Source of the DNA: Paragordius varius
Lineage: Eukaryota > Animalia > Nematomorpha
DNA length: 64,000 nt
Direction of reading: 5' to 3'
Assembly (NCBI GenBank): GCA_964247055.1
Contig: OZ176055.1
Coordinates: forward strand, 8,494,001-8,558,000
A program made the translations under genes and the position numbers. The notes beneath the pieces were generated by a model. That model was not told the DNA's origin and did no database searches. It saw only the letters and a program-made list of their open reading frames with translations. Of this stretch, positions 38,532 through 54,200 are shown in pieces; position 1 is the first letter of the stretch; each line of letters opens with the position of its first letter.

Positions 38532-39941
38532 GTTATTATTGACTTGCTGACCATAAATTTTGGGTTGAATAAATTTAGTAAACTAAAATGGTACAAAGAT
38601 AGCCAGGGAATAACCAAGGTATTTTGAAGCCTTAAATATAATGAGTAAATTAATTTCTTAATTTACTCCATGTCATTGTTGCATATTTGTAGGGTTAGTT
38701 AACAATCCTAGTTTGTTTTTAAACTAAAATATTTGTGACACTGGAACAATTATAAAAATGCATTTTAAGGCTTTTGAGCGTACTATTCAAAAAATCTAAA
38801 TGTAAAAAAATTGGTAGCTCATACGTTTTGTACTTAAATAAATTTTTTGTTTTTCTACTAAAGCAGGTAATTATCCTTGTATGAGTGTGTGTGTGTGTGT
38901 GTGTTAGGTCGTTTTAAGACGAGTTCGAATTGTAGTTATTTGGAATATTTTAATAATTTTCAACACCGTTGTTAACCATTTGTTTAGTAACATAATATTA
39001 AAATTTGTTTTTGGCATGTGTGCCTTGTATAACATATGTTTGGGATTATATCACTCTAACACCAAATATTTAAAATTTATAATTAAAGACGTGGCACCTA
39101 TGTAAATATTCAATGAGAATTTTTCAGCACAGTTTTCGTTACTAATGGATTTCGGAATTTACAAAAAACTATAAAACATTTTTGCTTAATTTTAACATGT
39201 TTTTTTATTATGTCATGGCAAACAAAATAATTCCCATTGAATATTTTAACTTATCAATATTTTAGATTCAATTTTAAAGCCAATTTTTCATATAAAATAT
39301 TTCAACCGTAAAGTGTTAAAAGCTATAGCAGTTTACAAAATATTGTGAACACCTAGGATTATTAGTTAATTGGCGCACCACAATTTAGGTGAAACGTGCA
39401 AGGTGCGGTTTTATCATACCGAGAGCGTCATTTCATGTTAATTAACTAATCTTTTTTTTATTAATCTTAATTGACCTGCGAAGACACATAATTACATACA
39501 GATATTACTGGGGTTAATAATATTTTCACAACATAATTTTAAGTAAATAATTATTGGCTTTTTGAATTATATTTATTGTGTATATGGTTTAAAGCCCTAT
39601 TTTAACTAAGTAATATATTACCGATCCTGCCAGTAAAATTATATCTATCCTTGAATTCAAAAAAAACAGATGCTTATGCTAAAAAGCAAAAATTTGCTAA
39701 ACAAACACCACTTTGTTAAAGTAAATAAATACAGCCAGTCAAACAACACATTTACATATTGTTATATGTTTATGTTGTATAAATACTATGAAGCCACACA
39801 ACAGGGAGTATTTGAAAAGTGGCATGATAAATCACGCTTGTTGTTTTAACTTCCCTTTCTTTCTTATCAATACTTATATACAATTTTATCTTTTAATAAT
39901 CCATTATATCTTATCCAATACATTAAAATATATTCCGAGCA

Positions 39942-42205
39942 ATGTCCGATTTCGATGGAATTTATCATTTGGAAAAGAGCGAAGGCTTCGATGATTACAT
40001 GAAGGAATTAAGTAACTCATTTTTTTACTATTTATTGATTTTTTTCTGTTAATCTAATGGTACTGACCAAATTTATTTTAAGGAGGGCCAAAAAAAATAC
40101 TTTTTTTGCAAGGGCCCTGCACCACATAATACCGATAAATATGTCATAGCTTTTTGACACATTTGCAATATTTATAATCCAAATAAGTACATCAAAATAA
40201 ATAATAAATTCAGGGTTATAAAAAAGCACACTACCACTGTGTTAATATTTTTCCTATAATTTTTATTTTGTTAACCATATGAAATATTTTAATGATGATT
40301 AAAAAATAGAGGTGAATATTGTTACCCGCAAGTTAGCGGATGCAGCAAAGCCCGTTACGACTATCACAACAAACGGAGATCAAATTACAATAACTACTGA
40401 TATGTTATTCAAAAAAAGCTCAATCACATTCAAGCTTGGGGAAGAATTTGACGAAGATAGGTCCGATGGTACTAAATGTAAGGTAAAGGAAAAAAATCTT
40501 GATTGAATTAAATTTATACCTGATTCAGATTATTAGCTTTAAAGATAAGGGTACTTTAAAGTTTTACAAGTGCAAGGTAAAAGCATGAAAAAATATGGGC
40601 CGTGTTAAAAAATTTTTGTGTTATCAAAATTACGTTACCTATTATTTCTATTGATGTTTACAATGTCATCTAAATTTTATATTGATGACACATCTTAAAT
40701 TTTACATTTATCAATATTTCATGTTTCGACAAAATGTGACATAATGTTTTGGCTCCATAACTATCTTTTCTTTGCATTTATTTAAGTTTTAACTTTTGTT
40801 TTCGGCTATATCTAATTTTTGCCTCTCCATAAATTATTTTATGGTTGATATTCAGGGTAAAAATGTTGAGCTGGGCAACATTGATTAATTCTTTTCCGTG
40901 TACAAAAAATTGTAGTATATTACTAAAAATACTTATATTTATAAGAACACCTAATTTATCGATTTGACCTCGATACTCCATAAAAAGTTTGCACCATTGG
41001 ACAAAGGATAAAAAATCTACAGTTTAGAGGAGTGGCTTAATTTTTTTTGTCGACGTGCACCATTTCCTTCATACTTATTTTACTTCTTAAAATTTATATT
41101 TTATTTCTTAAAATTTATGGTTTAACGTTCAGCGTATGAAAAAGTGTATTGTTTTTAAGCTTTCCTTGGGGGGTCCGTTTTTTAAATTCGGAACTAATGG
41201 TTTTGAGTCTTTTTTTTCATTTATTCTTAGGGTAGGACATTAACTGTATTTTGGATTTATGAAAGAGCTATAACACTCATCAGCCCAGGACTGACCGTGA
41301 TATAATAATTTGCAACTATATCGAAATCTGCACTCACGCACATAGTGTACGTTAAAAGCTAACTTCATAACTAATTGAATAATACATCTTATTTCATAAA
41401 AGCTAATAAATTTCGGATGATAGATATCTTTAAGAGTCTTTTGCATCTCACTTTGTTTTTTATGATCTTTTTACCATATGAATTGGATTAGCAGTTTAAT
41501 TATTTGAATGAAATCAAATTTACCATACATTTTTTATTAATGGTAAAAAAGTATCTTTCGAACTTTATTTATAATAGTTATTATTTTACCCGATACAAAC
41601 GAAATCCATTGTGCTCTTTTTTCTTGAGTGTTGTTATTTAACGGAATATATTAATTATATTTTTACCTGTGTAAATTTACTTTTTATGCCTAGTCTATTG
41701 TTACACGTGAAGGAAATAAATTAATACACAAACAAAAAGCCATTAGTGGGGGCATCGATTCCTTCAATACCCGAGAATTTACAAATAACCAAATGATAAT
41801 GGTAAGTATGATCGCTAATTTTTATTGCAATTTACGTACAAGAAACATATAAAATTAAAACTACTAGATTTTTTTAAATATCGTTTGGTGTTGCAAAATA
41901 AGATACGCGGTAGCGCATTTAATATATTTTAAAATTTAATTTATATAATTTATGTAGTAAATATCAAGGTTCCAAAAAATATGATTTTGTTTTTTTTAAA
42001 AAATATGTGTCTCTTAGTTCTAACGTTTTGTCTGTATTCATTCTGTAATTTCATTTTGTTATATTAAATGTGGATTCAACAATATTTTTAATTAATTTTA
42101 AAATACCGTTAATCCATAATTTACTTTTTTCTTTATAATATATTTAAAATTTAGGTGTTAAAGGCAGGAAACGTTACATGTACTCGGGTTTACAAAAAAG
42201 AATGA
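39942..42205 (+). CDS. FABP: Fatty acid-binding protein (FABP/iLBP), 4 exons, 133 aa
   Basis: Exons 39942-40011, 40310-40482, 41694-41801, 42155-42205: MSDFDGIYHLEKSEGFDDYMKELKVNIVTRKLADAAKP...[33 protein letters not shown]...CTRVYKKE; classic 4-exon/3-intron FABP layout. Confidence 0.95.
40055..40239. mobile_element. 185-bp hAT MITE in FABP intron 1 (family of 30494-32916)
   Basis: Ends TAATGGTACTGACC...CACTACCACTG; flanks TGTTAATC and TGTTAATA match 7/8. Confidence 0.7.
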
Positions 42206-42284
42206 AATCATTTTTTTGATCATACAGAAAACGAAACGTCGAGAGAATAAAAATTAAATTTATTTTTTGTTTATATATGTCAAA

Positions 42285-45200
42285 TTATTCGTCCACAATT
42301 ACTGTGTATTCAATTGTATCATTTCCAGCCGTATTCGATGCCACACAACTATAAGTTCCGCTATCTGATTTCTATAAAAATATATATTATTATAATAAAT
42401 TACTTTAATTTGTTTGATTTCTAGTTTAAAATACAAACATATAAAAATTAGGTTGATAGGAAGGAACCTTTAATTTTTTAGAAAGCTAATATATCATTAC
42501 AAACCATTGTTAAATTTACAATAATATTTTCAACATGGTATTAACTGTTTTAGAAAATATATAATAAGTAGGGACATGAGAAGTATAAGGCATTCGTAGT
42601 GGCCAATTTAAAGGATTTAGAGTAGGCCAGCACTTAAATGAATGTACACCCAATAAAAGGTAATTACAGTAAAATAAAATAAGGATGTGGTTATTTTTTT
42701 AAAAATATTATATGAATTTTTAACCCATATTCCTGCCAATCAGAGATTTATCACAAAGAGTATATATTTTCCGGCAAAAAAGTCCTAGGTGAGGATTTGA
42801 ATTTTACATCTATTCAAAAAAATTTTAATTTAGCCAAACCAATTCGGTATCTTTAGAGATTGCTCTCGGTTCAAATCCCAAAAGAATTTAATTACAACTG
42901 TTTTACAAAACACATATCGTAAGAAGTTTTTTCAATAACTCATTTTTTATAACATATACAGTCATCTATCTTTTATTTTATCAAAAATTTATTAATGGGT
43001 ATAAATATTTGTTAAAGAATAGAAAAAACAAGAGCTCTATGGTATTAACAATATCATATTTATCCAAAAAGTATAACAAATACCATAGAGCTCCTATTTT
43101 TTCCATTCTTTACCAAATATTTATACCCATTTAACGAAAGATAAATAAATTTTGATAAAATAAAGGATACATGACTGTATATAAATACTTGGACAGATGA
43201 TAGGACTAAATTATCAGTTATATCAATGTCTCCTCTTCTGATGGGTCCACCATCAAGGACCCTTTGATCCTTATACCAGGATACCTGGGGTTTTGGGAAA
43301 CCGTTTTCGATTTCACATGGCAACTCCACGTAATCGTATTGCTTGACAGCATAATAGGTTGTGGCTTGTTTTCGAATTTTTGGGAGCGCTTTTAAGAAAA
43401 TATGCCATAACAAAAATATTTTAATGTAAAATAATTATTTTTTGCTATAAAAAATTTTGGAGGTAACCTTGAATGAATGCATTTATGACCGCGACTGACC
43501 GTTTTACAGTGTAGACAGGCAAAACCATAGGATATGACACTAAAAACAACTTTTTTGCAAATTGGTTCAAAGAATTTGTTTTAAAGGATCAATTTTGTTA
43601 GGAATTTGTATATAATATGGAATTTCTTTTGTATTTTTCCGATTTTCAGCGGGCCGCTCATTTTATCTCAGAGAGCCACTGAAAATAATTTATTTAATTC
43701 ATTTAATTTTTTATTATTTACAAACATATTTAACTAGGTTTTTAATGTCAGGTTATGACTGTATTTGACTGCATTCGTAAGCTGTCATGCCGGCGGTCCT
43801 TATTTTTTAAAATCTACCCTGTATGACAAGTTTTGTTTGCGTTTGAATGTGACCCAAATTGGAGTAAGCTTGGCATGTATATATGCCAGAATCCTCTTCC
43901 AGCGATGTTAAAGGCAATAGAAGATTTCCGCTCTTTAAAACTTTGTAACGATAATTTATTGGGCTCAATTGGTGTCCATCTTTGTACCAAGTAATTTTGG
44001 GAAATGCACTGGAAACATCATTCTCAATAATTTTCTTATCATTATTTGTATTATTTTCAGTGACACAAGGAATAGTAAAGGGTTGGTTATCAATAGCTAT
44101 CAGGGACGTTTCAAACGTTTTGTTTATGTAATGGTTGTAATCTAAAATACAGCAAAAAGTTTGGTTTGGTTAAAAAAGTATTATCTAATATGCTTTTCAA
44201 GTAAAATTTTAACAACTTTGCCAAATATGAAACAGGCAAATATTGAATGTGACTAATCTTTCAAAAGATTAAAAAAAAAATTTGTCAAATTTTTTGTCCC
44301 TAAATAATTTTTTAGCAAAAAAATGCATGCTTAATAACATACTTGGTATTGTTAATTGTATCTGTCCTGTGGCTTTTCCAGCTTTATTTTCAGCAATACA
44401 TAGGTAATTCCCTTCATTTGTTGCAGAAAGTAAATTAAATTCCAAGACTTTTCCATTTGATGATATATTCAGAAGTGTATTATTTAATAATTCATGCTCA
44501 CTATTTGCATCTTTTTTAAACCATTTGATGGTTGGTGTGGGTTTTCCACTGGCATTACAAGTTAAAACGATAGAATTTCCAACTGCCCCCTTGTACGTCA
44601 TGAAGGGTGGAGAAATTGTAGGGAAAACTGAAAAATAATTACAATTTGTCATATATATTTTGTAAATAAATATTAAGGTTTAGACTTTAATAAACATCTA
44701 TGTTCGATGTTTCTTATGATACATCAATTGTAAAAAAGCTGATTTAGATTTAAGCTTAGTTTTTTAACAAATATGGGCATAAAGCCGCTGTTTTTATGAA
44801 AAAATGCGGGCATCCCAAATTAAAAATGTTATCTAGGCCTCATAAATTGTTGTCAGAGCCGAAACAGGTTATCATACTAAAAGACGTATTATTTTGGTTT
44901 TATTCAGTGACTGCATCTAAGATTTCATCGCAATTTTTAGAGAATTATTGTCGCTTTCAACAATATTGTATAAATTAGCCCATTACAGATACTAAAAAGC
45001 GTAAATACAGTAAAAACTGAAATTAACGTAAAAATATAAAGACAAATTTTTTTGAAAAAACAATCATCCTTTTTAAAACCGTATTTTTGCTATGTAAAAT
45101 TTTTAATTACAATCGTAAAATACATAAATGATTATGATTTACATTCTATTTTCATTTTGCAATTGTAAAAAATCATTTATATTTAAAAATCTATATTGAA

Positions 45201-48200
45201 AAATATGGTTGTCTTTTAGGAAAAAATTGTCTTTATATTTTACGTTTTGTCCTTATAATTTCAATCTTTTCTGTAATGAAGTCGCGTTTAAAACAATCAT
45301 TATAATGGTAAATAAAATATTTACCCATCATTTCTATTTTAAACATTTTTTGTGCTGTCCCCAACGAATTTGAGGCTTCACACATGTAAGGGCCTTTGTA
45401 TAGAGAACTATCATACGTGGCTTGTTTAATATCCAACATATGTTGGGTTGACTGGATAGAATTTGAATCAGCCTTAATTAAAATTCTTTCTTCTGTCATA
45501 TCAATGTCCGTGGACTTGTGAAGTTGTCTTTTGCCTAAGTATACGCATTTTTAGTTAAACTTTATTCATAAAACATAAAAATTGCAAAAAATATTTTAGC
45601 ATATTATAATGGCAAAAACCTTGTCCTTCAATCATCACATACCATTTGACTTGTGGTGAGGGCAGGCCGAAAACATTACAAGCCAATCTAACACTAAATC
45701 CTTCAATGACTTCGATTTTCTCAACACTTTTATTACCTGTTAATTTGAGTAAATGATGTTAAAAATTAAATTGCTTGAATGTAATTTCATCAAATTTTTA
45801 CAAAAGGCGACTTAAATTTAATATATATTTGCTAAACTTATTTACAATATAATTGGTTGATTTTTTATTCAAAAGTTTTTTTGACATTTTAAAAACCAGC
45901 AATAAGATAATCAAACTTGAATACCCATATCTATGATTGGTTTGGAAACAACATTAATACGTATATTGTAGGAAGCTAGATGAGTATTTTCGTCAGTAAT
46001 ATTGCACTGATAGATTCCAGAATGCTTTGGGTGAATTTTCAAAAAAATTAATTTGCGCCCATTTTCTGTAAACCTATTTGTAATAATTATAACTTTAATA
46101 GAAGAACATAGTTAAAATAGGGAATTCGATTCGCTAGAATATTTAATAGGTTTAAAAGCGAAAAATTACAATTATTTGTAAATAATAATAACCTAGGTGA
46201 CTTATTAGAGTAAAAACTTATACGGACAAAACGTAAATATATAAAAACAAATATCTATTTTCAAAAGACAACTATACTTTTTTAAACCTTAGTTTTTTTC
46301 ATATAAATAATATAATACAATTGTAAAATATATAATTGATTGTTTTACCAATAAACATATCAATTTCACACTTTGCACTTTAAAACAACGAGTTATATTA
46401 AAAAAATCAAAATTCAAAAAGCATGGTTGTCTTTTAAAAAATATTGTCATTATTTTTATATTTTGTGCGTATAATTTCAATTTTTAATGCATGTTTTATA
46501 TGTGTATATATATAAGATAAAAAAACTGTAAAATTGATTCGCAAATTAAGTTATATAAAAAAAATTAAAAAAAATAATTCTTGTAAAATATGCAAACAAA
46601 TTTAACCTTATATATTGATCATTTATGTTTGTAGATGGGTTTTTTCGCTGCCATTTATAACTTATTTTGTTTGGTGTTATGAAGTTCGGACATGAAATGG
46701 CAAATGGTTCATTGTAAAATGTAGTGATGTTTAACGTATCAATTTCCCATTTTCCAGAGTTATATTCGTGTTTGAACGGGATTCGGTTATTTAAAACAAA
46801 ATATTTTTGAGTCGATCCTATTGAATTGGCTGCTTTACAGACAAAGGCATTCATAGGATTCATGGAGGTTATGTTTTGGATAGTTAAAGATGATGATGTT
46901 GACCCTTCAAAAAAGGATATCTTTTTTAGAAAAAATTATTTGTCGTCCAAAACATAAGGATATTTTTTAATATAAGTATCGCAAACAATGCTACTCTTGA
47001 AAGGGGCACATGCTGTAATTATAAAGTAATATCGATAAATTTAATATTTCTACTACATTTGGCTTTTACAGTGAGCTAAAAATTATTTTTAACTTAAACA
47101 ATTTTAATCATTTTAAAAAAACTACAATATAAATATGTAATATGACTGACCTGAGTTGTTATGATTAAAATTTAAAATTCTTTTTACCCTTTATGGGGGA
47201 AATCTTATTCTAAAGTATGTTTACATCTTACTTAAAGCACAAATCTCATTATTATCTTTTACTTAAAAGATGTGTACCTTGTTGGGGATTAATTTTCAGG
47301 CCAAAATCTTTTGCATTGTTTTGATTGATGAGAGTTCGACCATACCACCATGTAAAATTCACAACCCTATCTCCAAATTGTACAATGTCGCAAACGAAAG
47401 TTAAACCATTATTTAACACGGGCTTATATTCATACCGTGTAAGCGTAGGGCCACGTATGCTTGGTTTTTCTAGGTGTTTGATCAATAAAATTATTTTTAC
47501 AAGAAATGTAATGTACATCTCGCATTTATAAATCAAGTTAAAGTAAATGGCAAAAATGCTTACAAATGATTTTTAAAAAATAAATAGTTAATTTATTAAA
47601 TAAATATCTAATTTTCGGTTCTATTAGTATAACCTTTTTCAGAATAAAGAAAAAAATATTAAAACGAAATTTAAAAAAAATTAATTTTTTTTTATCCTAA
47701 AAAAGGTTATACTAATAGAACCGAAAATTAGATATTTATTGAATAAATTATTTATTTATTTAAAATGATTTATACGCGTTTTTGTCATTTACTTTAACGT
47801 AATGTACATCACGTTTAAAAAATGTCACCATGATGTTATGCGTAAATTATCTTGTAAAATGTTGCATTTTTTAAGTAGTTAACTTTTATATCTCTGGAAA
47901 AAAAGTTTAACAATGGGAAACTTTAATGTGGATTTTTTCAAAATTGCAAATTTTTTATTCTTTATGTAAGGAAAAACCAATAATAATTACTATTTATTTT
48001 TATCATTCCCTCACAAAAATTAAATATAAAAAATGAAACTCTAAATATAAAAAAGTTACGATAAATAAATATTTTTATTTAAATATGATGACATCTATAT
48101 ATATTACCTAATATTTTAAGGTTAACTTTGCCATAAGGGGTAAGAGAACGAGCGTTAGGGGAAACACACCAATACTCACCTGTATGTTGACGACTTAGTA

Positions 48201-51200
48201 TTATCGGCTATATTAAATATAATAATAGAACAAAATAAAAATATATTAAAACATATATTTTAAACAATATTGCGTAATATAATTAATTGTAGTTTAAATT
48301 AATCGTTTTTAAAATCCACATAAAACATTTATATATAAAACATTGTATTCACGGACAAAATGTAAAAACAAATGAAATAATTTTTTTAAAAGACTGCTGT
48401 CTTTGGCCTTCATTTTTTGAAATACAAGTCATTGTTTTCAACTGCAAAGTATGAAATAGAGATGTAAATTGTTAATTTATTCAATTACATATTTTACAAT
48501 TATTATAATTATATAGTTTATGTAGGAAACAATTAAGTTATAAAAAGTGTGGGGTGGTCTTTTCAAAAAAAATGTCATTATGTTTTTATTTACGGTTGAT
48601 CTGTATAATTAAAAATTTTTACTGTATGCTTGGTCTTACCAGATTAACTTTTTGTGATGAGTTACCATAAATTCTGTAGTAATGAGTATTTGGTATTGAG
48701 TAGGGGCATTTTATAAATACTTTGGAATTGATTCGAGCGAATTGATCCACTGCGTTTACAGATTTTTCTGAATTGCCTAAATATAATTTAGAGTAATAAA
48801 TGTTTTGATCAACATTCTTATTAAAAATCATGTATATCATTGATTATTCTAAAATTGATCTTTAAATGCTTAATTTTTTTAGATATTTTGACTTTTGTGT
48901 ATTGTTATTGAATTAATTATACACCACATACACTTCATATTCCATTCAAATTCACCCTAGAAAGAAGTATTATTTAAAATTAAAAATTACTTATATTTTT
49001 ATATATTTTTTGAAGATGAAATTTTGTTTAAAATTAAAATAATACTGAAAAATAATAAACCATACTAAAAAGATATATTTTATATTCCTATAAGTTATAT
49101 TATCAACACAATTTATTTTTGGGGTGATTTAGAATTGTTCAAGGGTGAATTAAAATTGTAAGCGGGTATATCATCTTACATATATTTTTTAAGTAAGTAT
49201 ATTTTACAAATTAAGGACAATAAACCTCTAATATCCAAACGCATATCAATTTTTGAGACACCATATTTGTTTTGCCCAATACAAGTGTAAATGCCACGAT
49301 TATTGATGCTAACATTGGGAAATATTAGATTTTGACCTGTGTTCCTTCCAATCATTGGATGTTGTTGATTCAAGCGATTCCTTAATAAATTATTAAAAAA
49401 AAATTGTTATAATATAAAAAAAGACCTTTAATATAGATAAGCAATAACCAAGGGTATGTCGAAATCAAAATATCAAAATTAAAAATTTCATCGGTGAATC
49501 AATATATTTTGTATGGCATAGTTTATTATTTTTCAGTTATATTATTCCGACGAAATTTCATTTTTTAAAAATATATTAAAATATATAGGTGATTATTAAT
49601 TTTAAAAAAAGAATTTTGAAGGTGAATTTGAATTGTTCGAGGGTGAATTTGAATAGTTCAATGGTAAATTTGAATTGTTTAAGGGTGAATTTGAATTATA
49701 AATGGTACTTAACGGTTTTTAATATGGTAATATCCTATATAATTCTACTCCTTATGCTTTAATATTGATAGCCAAATTTTTTGCATTAGGTGTTTCTTTT
49801 GATTAATTTTTATTCGCATATTTCTCCGATATCCTAAAAACGAAAATTCATCAAATTTTCAGAGATTACTTAATCCATCGATAAATGGGTTTCGGATTTC
49901 CATAAATCGGACAAGTTAGTTTTACAAGGGAACCCTGGCTTGCTAAGATATCGTTAGATGTATTTTGATATACAAATGGTGATGCTAAATGAAAAAAAGT
50001 TAGATTCTAATAAATATGAAATTTGACATATTTATAAAAATAGATATTTTTTTATTATTAAATTACGTATTACCATAAACGGAAACAGAATATCGCGTAA
50101 AAATGATGTCTTTAGGGTTTCTACACTCATATGTCCCATCATCGTTCAAATCAATTATTTTTAAGGTTAATCGACTCCCACTAACCATTAAATTCTGATC
50201 GGAAACGATCAATTCACCATCCTACGCATGTATTCATAAAGTTTGTTATATAAAATTTAAAAAATGTAAATATTTTATTTTGTAATCTACGAAATTTTTT
50301 TTAATAATATTTGTAACATATTTAAAATTAATAAAAAAATGTTAACCTTAAACCATTTTATAGGTCCTTTATCGTGAGCTAATGATGATCGATCACAATA
50401 TAAGGATAATGACTCACCGCGGAAAGCTGTAATTTCTTTTGATTTATACGCCGGTTTCGGATTATCTGCCATGCAATAGAATATTAAAGTTATTTCTCAG
50501 ATATTTCAGAAAGTAATGTCTAGATATGGGCACAGCTGAATGGGACTTTGATCAACTTTTACAGTAAATATTAAAATTATACGGACAAAATGTTAAAATA
50601 TAAAGACAAATATTCTTTTCTAAAAGACAAGCTTAAATCCATCATTGTTTTAAATTGCAAAGTACATAATAGAGATTTAAATGATGTATTATACAATAGA
50701 AATTAAATGTTTTTTATAGTATAAATTAAGGTTTAAAAAAGTATGGTTGTTTTTGGAAAAAATAGTCTTTATATTTACATTTTGTCCGTATAATTCCAAT
50801 TTTTATTGTATAAATTTAGATAAATTTCCATAACAGATGATGACTCTAAAACAAATTAATCATATAATTTATTTTCCATAATTTTTGCTGTTTATTTAAG
50901 ACCCTAAAATATGTAATAAAGTGAAAAATATACCAGGAACCGTTAACATTGTCGTGTAAGATTGGGAACTAAAATCATTTTTCCATTGACAAGTGTAGTA
51001 TCCAAAATCTGATTTTTGAAGTTGCCGAATGTATAGAATATTACCACGAATCATCCATTTTACACCATCATTTAGCATTACCGAAATATTCTATGCCACA
51101 TAAAATAGAAATCATTTTAAATCTTTAGACGATTTTTTTTGCATAACTGTAAGGTGGTTACCTTATACCAATGATAGACAATAGGTCCCCTATACTCTTG

Positions 51201-54200
51201 CTGTCTATTTATGGGGGTAGGACATTTAATTTGCAAACCGGAGCCTAAAACTAAATGTTGAGGCATTATTTCAATTATGGAGGTATTTGAATTGGCCCTT
51301 AGGAGTATGGTTGCATGTTTCATAGTATCTTTAGTATAAGCTGTACACATGTATTCACCGTTATCCTTCGTTCTGGCATCAGATATGTGGACAATATGAT
51401 TGTTCATGGAAACTCTCTAGGAAATCACAAAATTTGCTTAAAACTCCCCTCAAAAAACATAATTAAGATATTATATCAAATATAAATTATATGTAAAAAT
51501 ATAACAGATTAAATTTGTTGAAATATAATACAAAAATATATGTATTACAAAATCAGGTATTAATGGTTTTGAATCTTTGCTCCAATAAATATTAACTGCT
51601 GTATTATTGTGTGCGATCAAACATTTTAATATGATGGATTGTCCCACATAATATGGAATTGTGCCCATATTTGGATAAATGTTGACTAAAAGATCTTCTG
51701 TTTAATATGAAAAATATATTAAAATTTAATTCAAAGACCATGGATAAATTAAAATATTAACCAATGATTGTTAGATTAAGATTTGCTTTTTTGTGAAAAC
51801 CACTTGGTATCTCCGCGCGACATTCGTAAAGTCCACTATCCCTTTTATCGATCTAAATTTTAAATTTATCAATACAAACTAATTTGATCACGCTGCAAAG
51901 CGAAATTTATTTAAAATTACTTTTATCACCATGTTTCGAAATCTTGCAGTTTAGTTTTAAAAAAAAGAGGTTTGTATTATTAAAAATATAATTTCACTTA
52001 TTAACTTTGTCTATTTTCAATGCAAAGGATATGAGTGATTTATTTATCATCGTTTGAGGGTAGTTGGTTAAATTCTTTTGTTGAATTATTATATTTCTTC
52101 CAGGATTCGCTTTCTCCTCCAAAATGTTATAAGACCTATGAGGGCTAGTTTTTTTCTCGAAATTATCGATTGTTTTTATCAAAGCTGAGGCAATCAAAAC
52201 TGATGATGTTTTCCCATTCTCCATTATGTTTTTGAACCATTTAAGTTTTATCGTTTGTTCCACGCTCTTTACATAAAACTGTATCGGACAATTTATGACA
52301 AATGATTTGCCTAAAATGGCGGTCAGAGTTTGGTTTGACGAATTCGTTGATATTAAAAATTCCTTATTGTTACGCTCAAGTTTATCGGTGACATTTTGCG
52401 TAGGAAAAGGTTTTAATTTCAATTCAATCTCACCTATGCTCCATCCAAGCGGATAACTGACATTGCAGATATATTTACCTAAGTTGCGTTCTTGAACATT
52501 TGCAATAACTAATTTTGCACTAGGATTGCCACTAAAATAGAAAAAATCATCTATATGTCACGGAAAAACCCTCCGAATTACATGGTTCCTTATCCGCATC
52601 ACGATTCTTTTTTGAAAATAAAATATATTATTAATAATGTCTTATAGATATTAATAGAAAATAAAAAAATATGGAATTTTTTTGGCACATTATGGTTAAA
52701 AATGCTTACAAAAAATACCATTTACTATTCAAATTCACCCTCGAACAATTCAAATTACCTTTGAACAATTCATATCACCCTAAAAATAAATTATGTGTTT
52801 TTGGGTTGATATAATTCCTTATTTATACAATATTTATCTTTATCGCTTTGTTTAATACTTTTTCAGTATTCTTTTAATTTTAAACAAAATATTTAAAAAT
52901 ATAAAAAAACATAGCTAAACATAATTTATTTTAGGGTGAATTTGAATAAGGGTGAATTTAAATTGTTCAAAGGTGAATTATTGTAAATGGTATAGTTTTT
53001 TGTAGGAGTGTGAATGTAACTTTAATCAATTATATGTTAAAATAAAGTACAAGATATTCTGCAATAGTAGTTTAGTGACGCTTTTATTTATTAAAGATCA
53101 TCGTGAAGGAGGGGGTTCATATATCGGGTCAACTAAAATCCACATATGTTTTAAGAGTTAATTTATTCAAATAATAATTTAGCGCTACCTAGCCAGATAT
53201 TCTTTGACAAGTATTCTATTTTCGAAACTCCAGGTTACCAAGCTAGGGACTTTTGTTCGAATTTGACATATTAAAACAGCTTGCATATTCTGTTTGACAA
53301 AATATGGACTATCAGTCATTATCAAAGGCATATCTAATAATATATAAGATTAAAAAAAATTTACCAACTACAGCAAGAGAATGCGATAAATTAAATAAAA
53401 ATTATTTATGGGAAAGCAAATAATAAGAGATCGAAGTTGTACAATAGGATTTTAAAAAAAAATTAAATTGTTTAAAAATGTTTTTCTTTACCAGGTAGGG
53501 TTGGCCAAAACGGTATATCACTTACGCGTTTCAAAACGTTACCTTGTGAATCCCTACCAATCACAGTAACAAAAAAGGTGTGATCTGGTATCCGAATTTC
53601 TTTTGTGGAAACAAAATATCTCACATAATCATCTCTGGCCAAATAATTAAGTCCGTTGGAACTCTTTAAAAATGGATGTGTCATCCGTAAAGACGGATGA
53701 GATTTTGGTCCATTGGATATATATTTACTTATTAGACTTCCCCTGTGCACAATTTTTCCTTCATTATCCATAATTTCAAATGTTTTGATGTTGGATCCCA
53801 ATGGTAATTTCCATGCTTTTACCCAAAGATACATGAGTGTGTCTACACACAAAATATTATGATAGATAATATATTTATTAAATCTATGAAAAATTTTATA
53901 AAATTTTACAATTTTACACATTTAAATTTACCATTTTATACATATAAATTTTAATTAGCTATAAACATATGTTACGTTTTTGACGGTTTAAATGGCGGTC
54001 GCAGTCATGGTCAAGAAAGCTTTAATAATTGGTCAAAAGTAACCCTTGTAAGTCCTCACAATATTTTTTAAATTTAAAGCTTTCAACCGTTTACAATAAA
54101 TGTTATTGAAATTATATCATCTGCCTATGTCTATATTACTTCAAAAAATATACACATACACTTTTTTAAATGTAACATCCTGGTCGAAAAATAAAATTTA

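Noticed and set aside
41240-41446. Minus-strand ORF ...CRFRYSCKLLYHGQSWADECYS in FABP intron 2, resembling a VWC module or a further hemicentin exon
   Set aside because: The Cys pattern is incomplete, I found no convincing splice sites in frame, and the hemicentin last exon has a stop and no donor. An HMM scan plus RNA-seq coverage would settle it.
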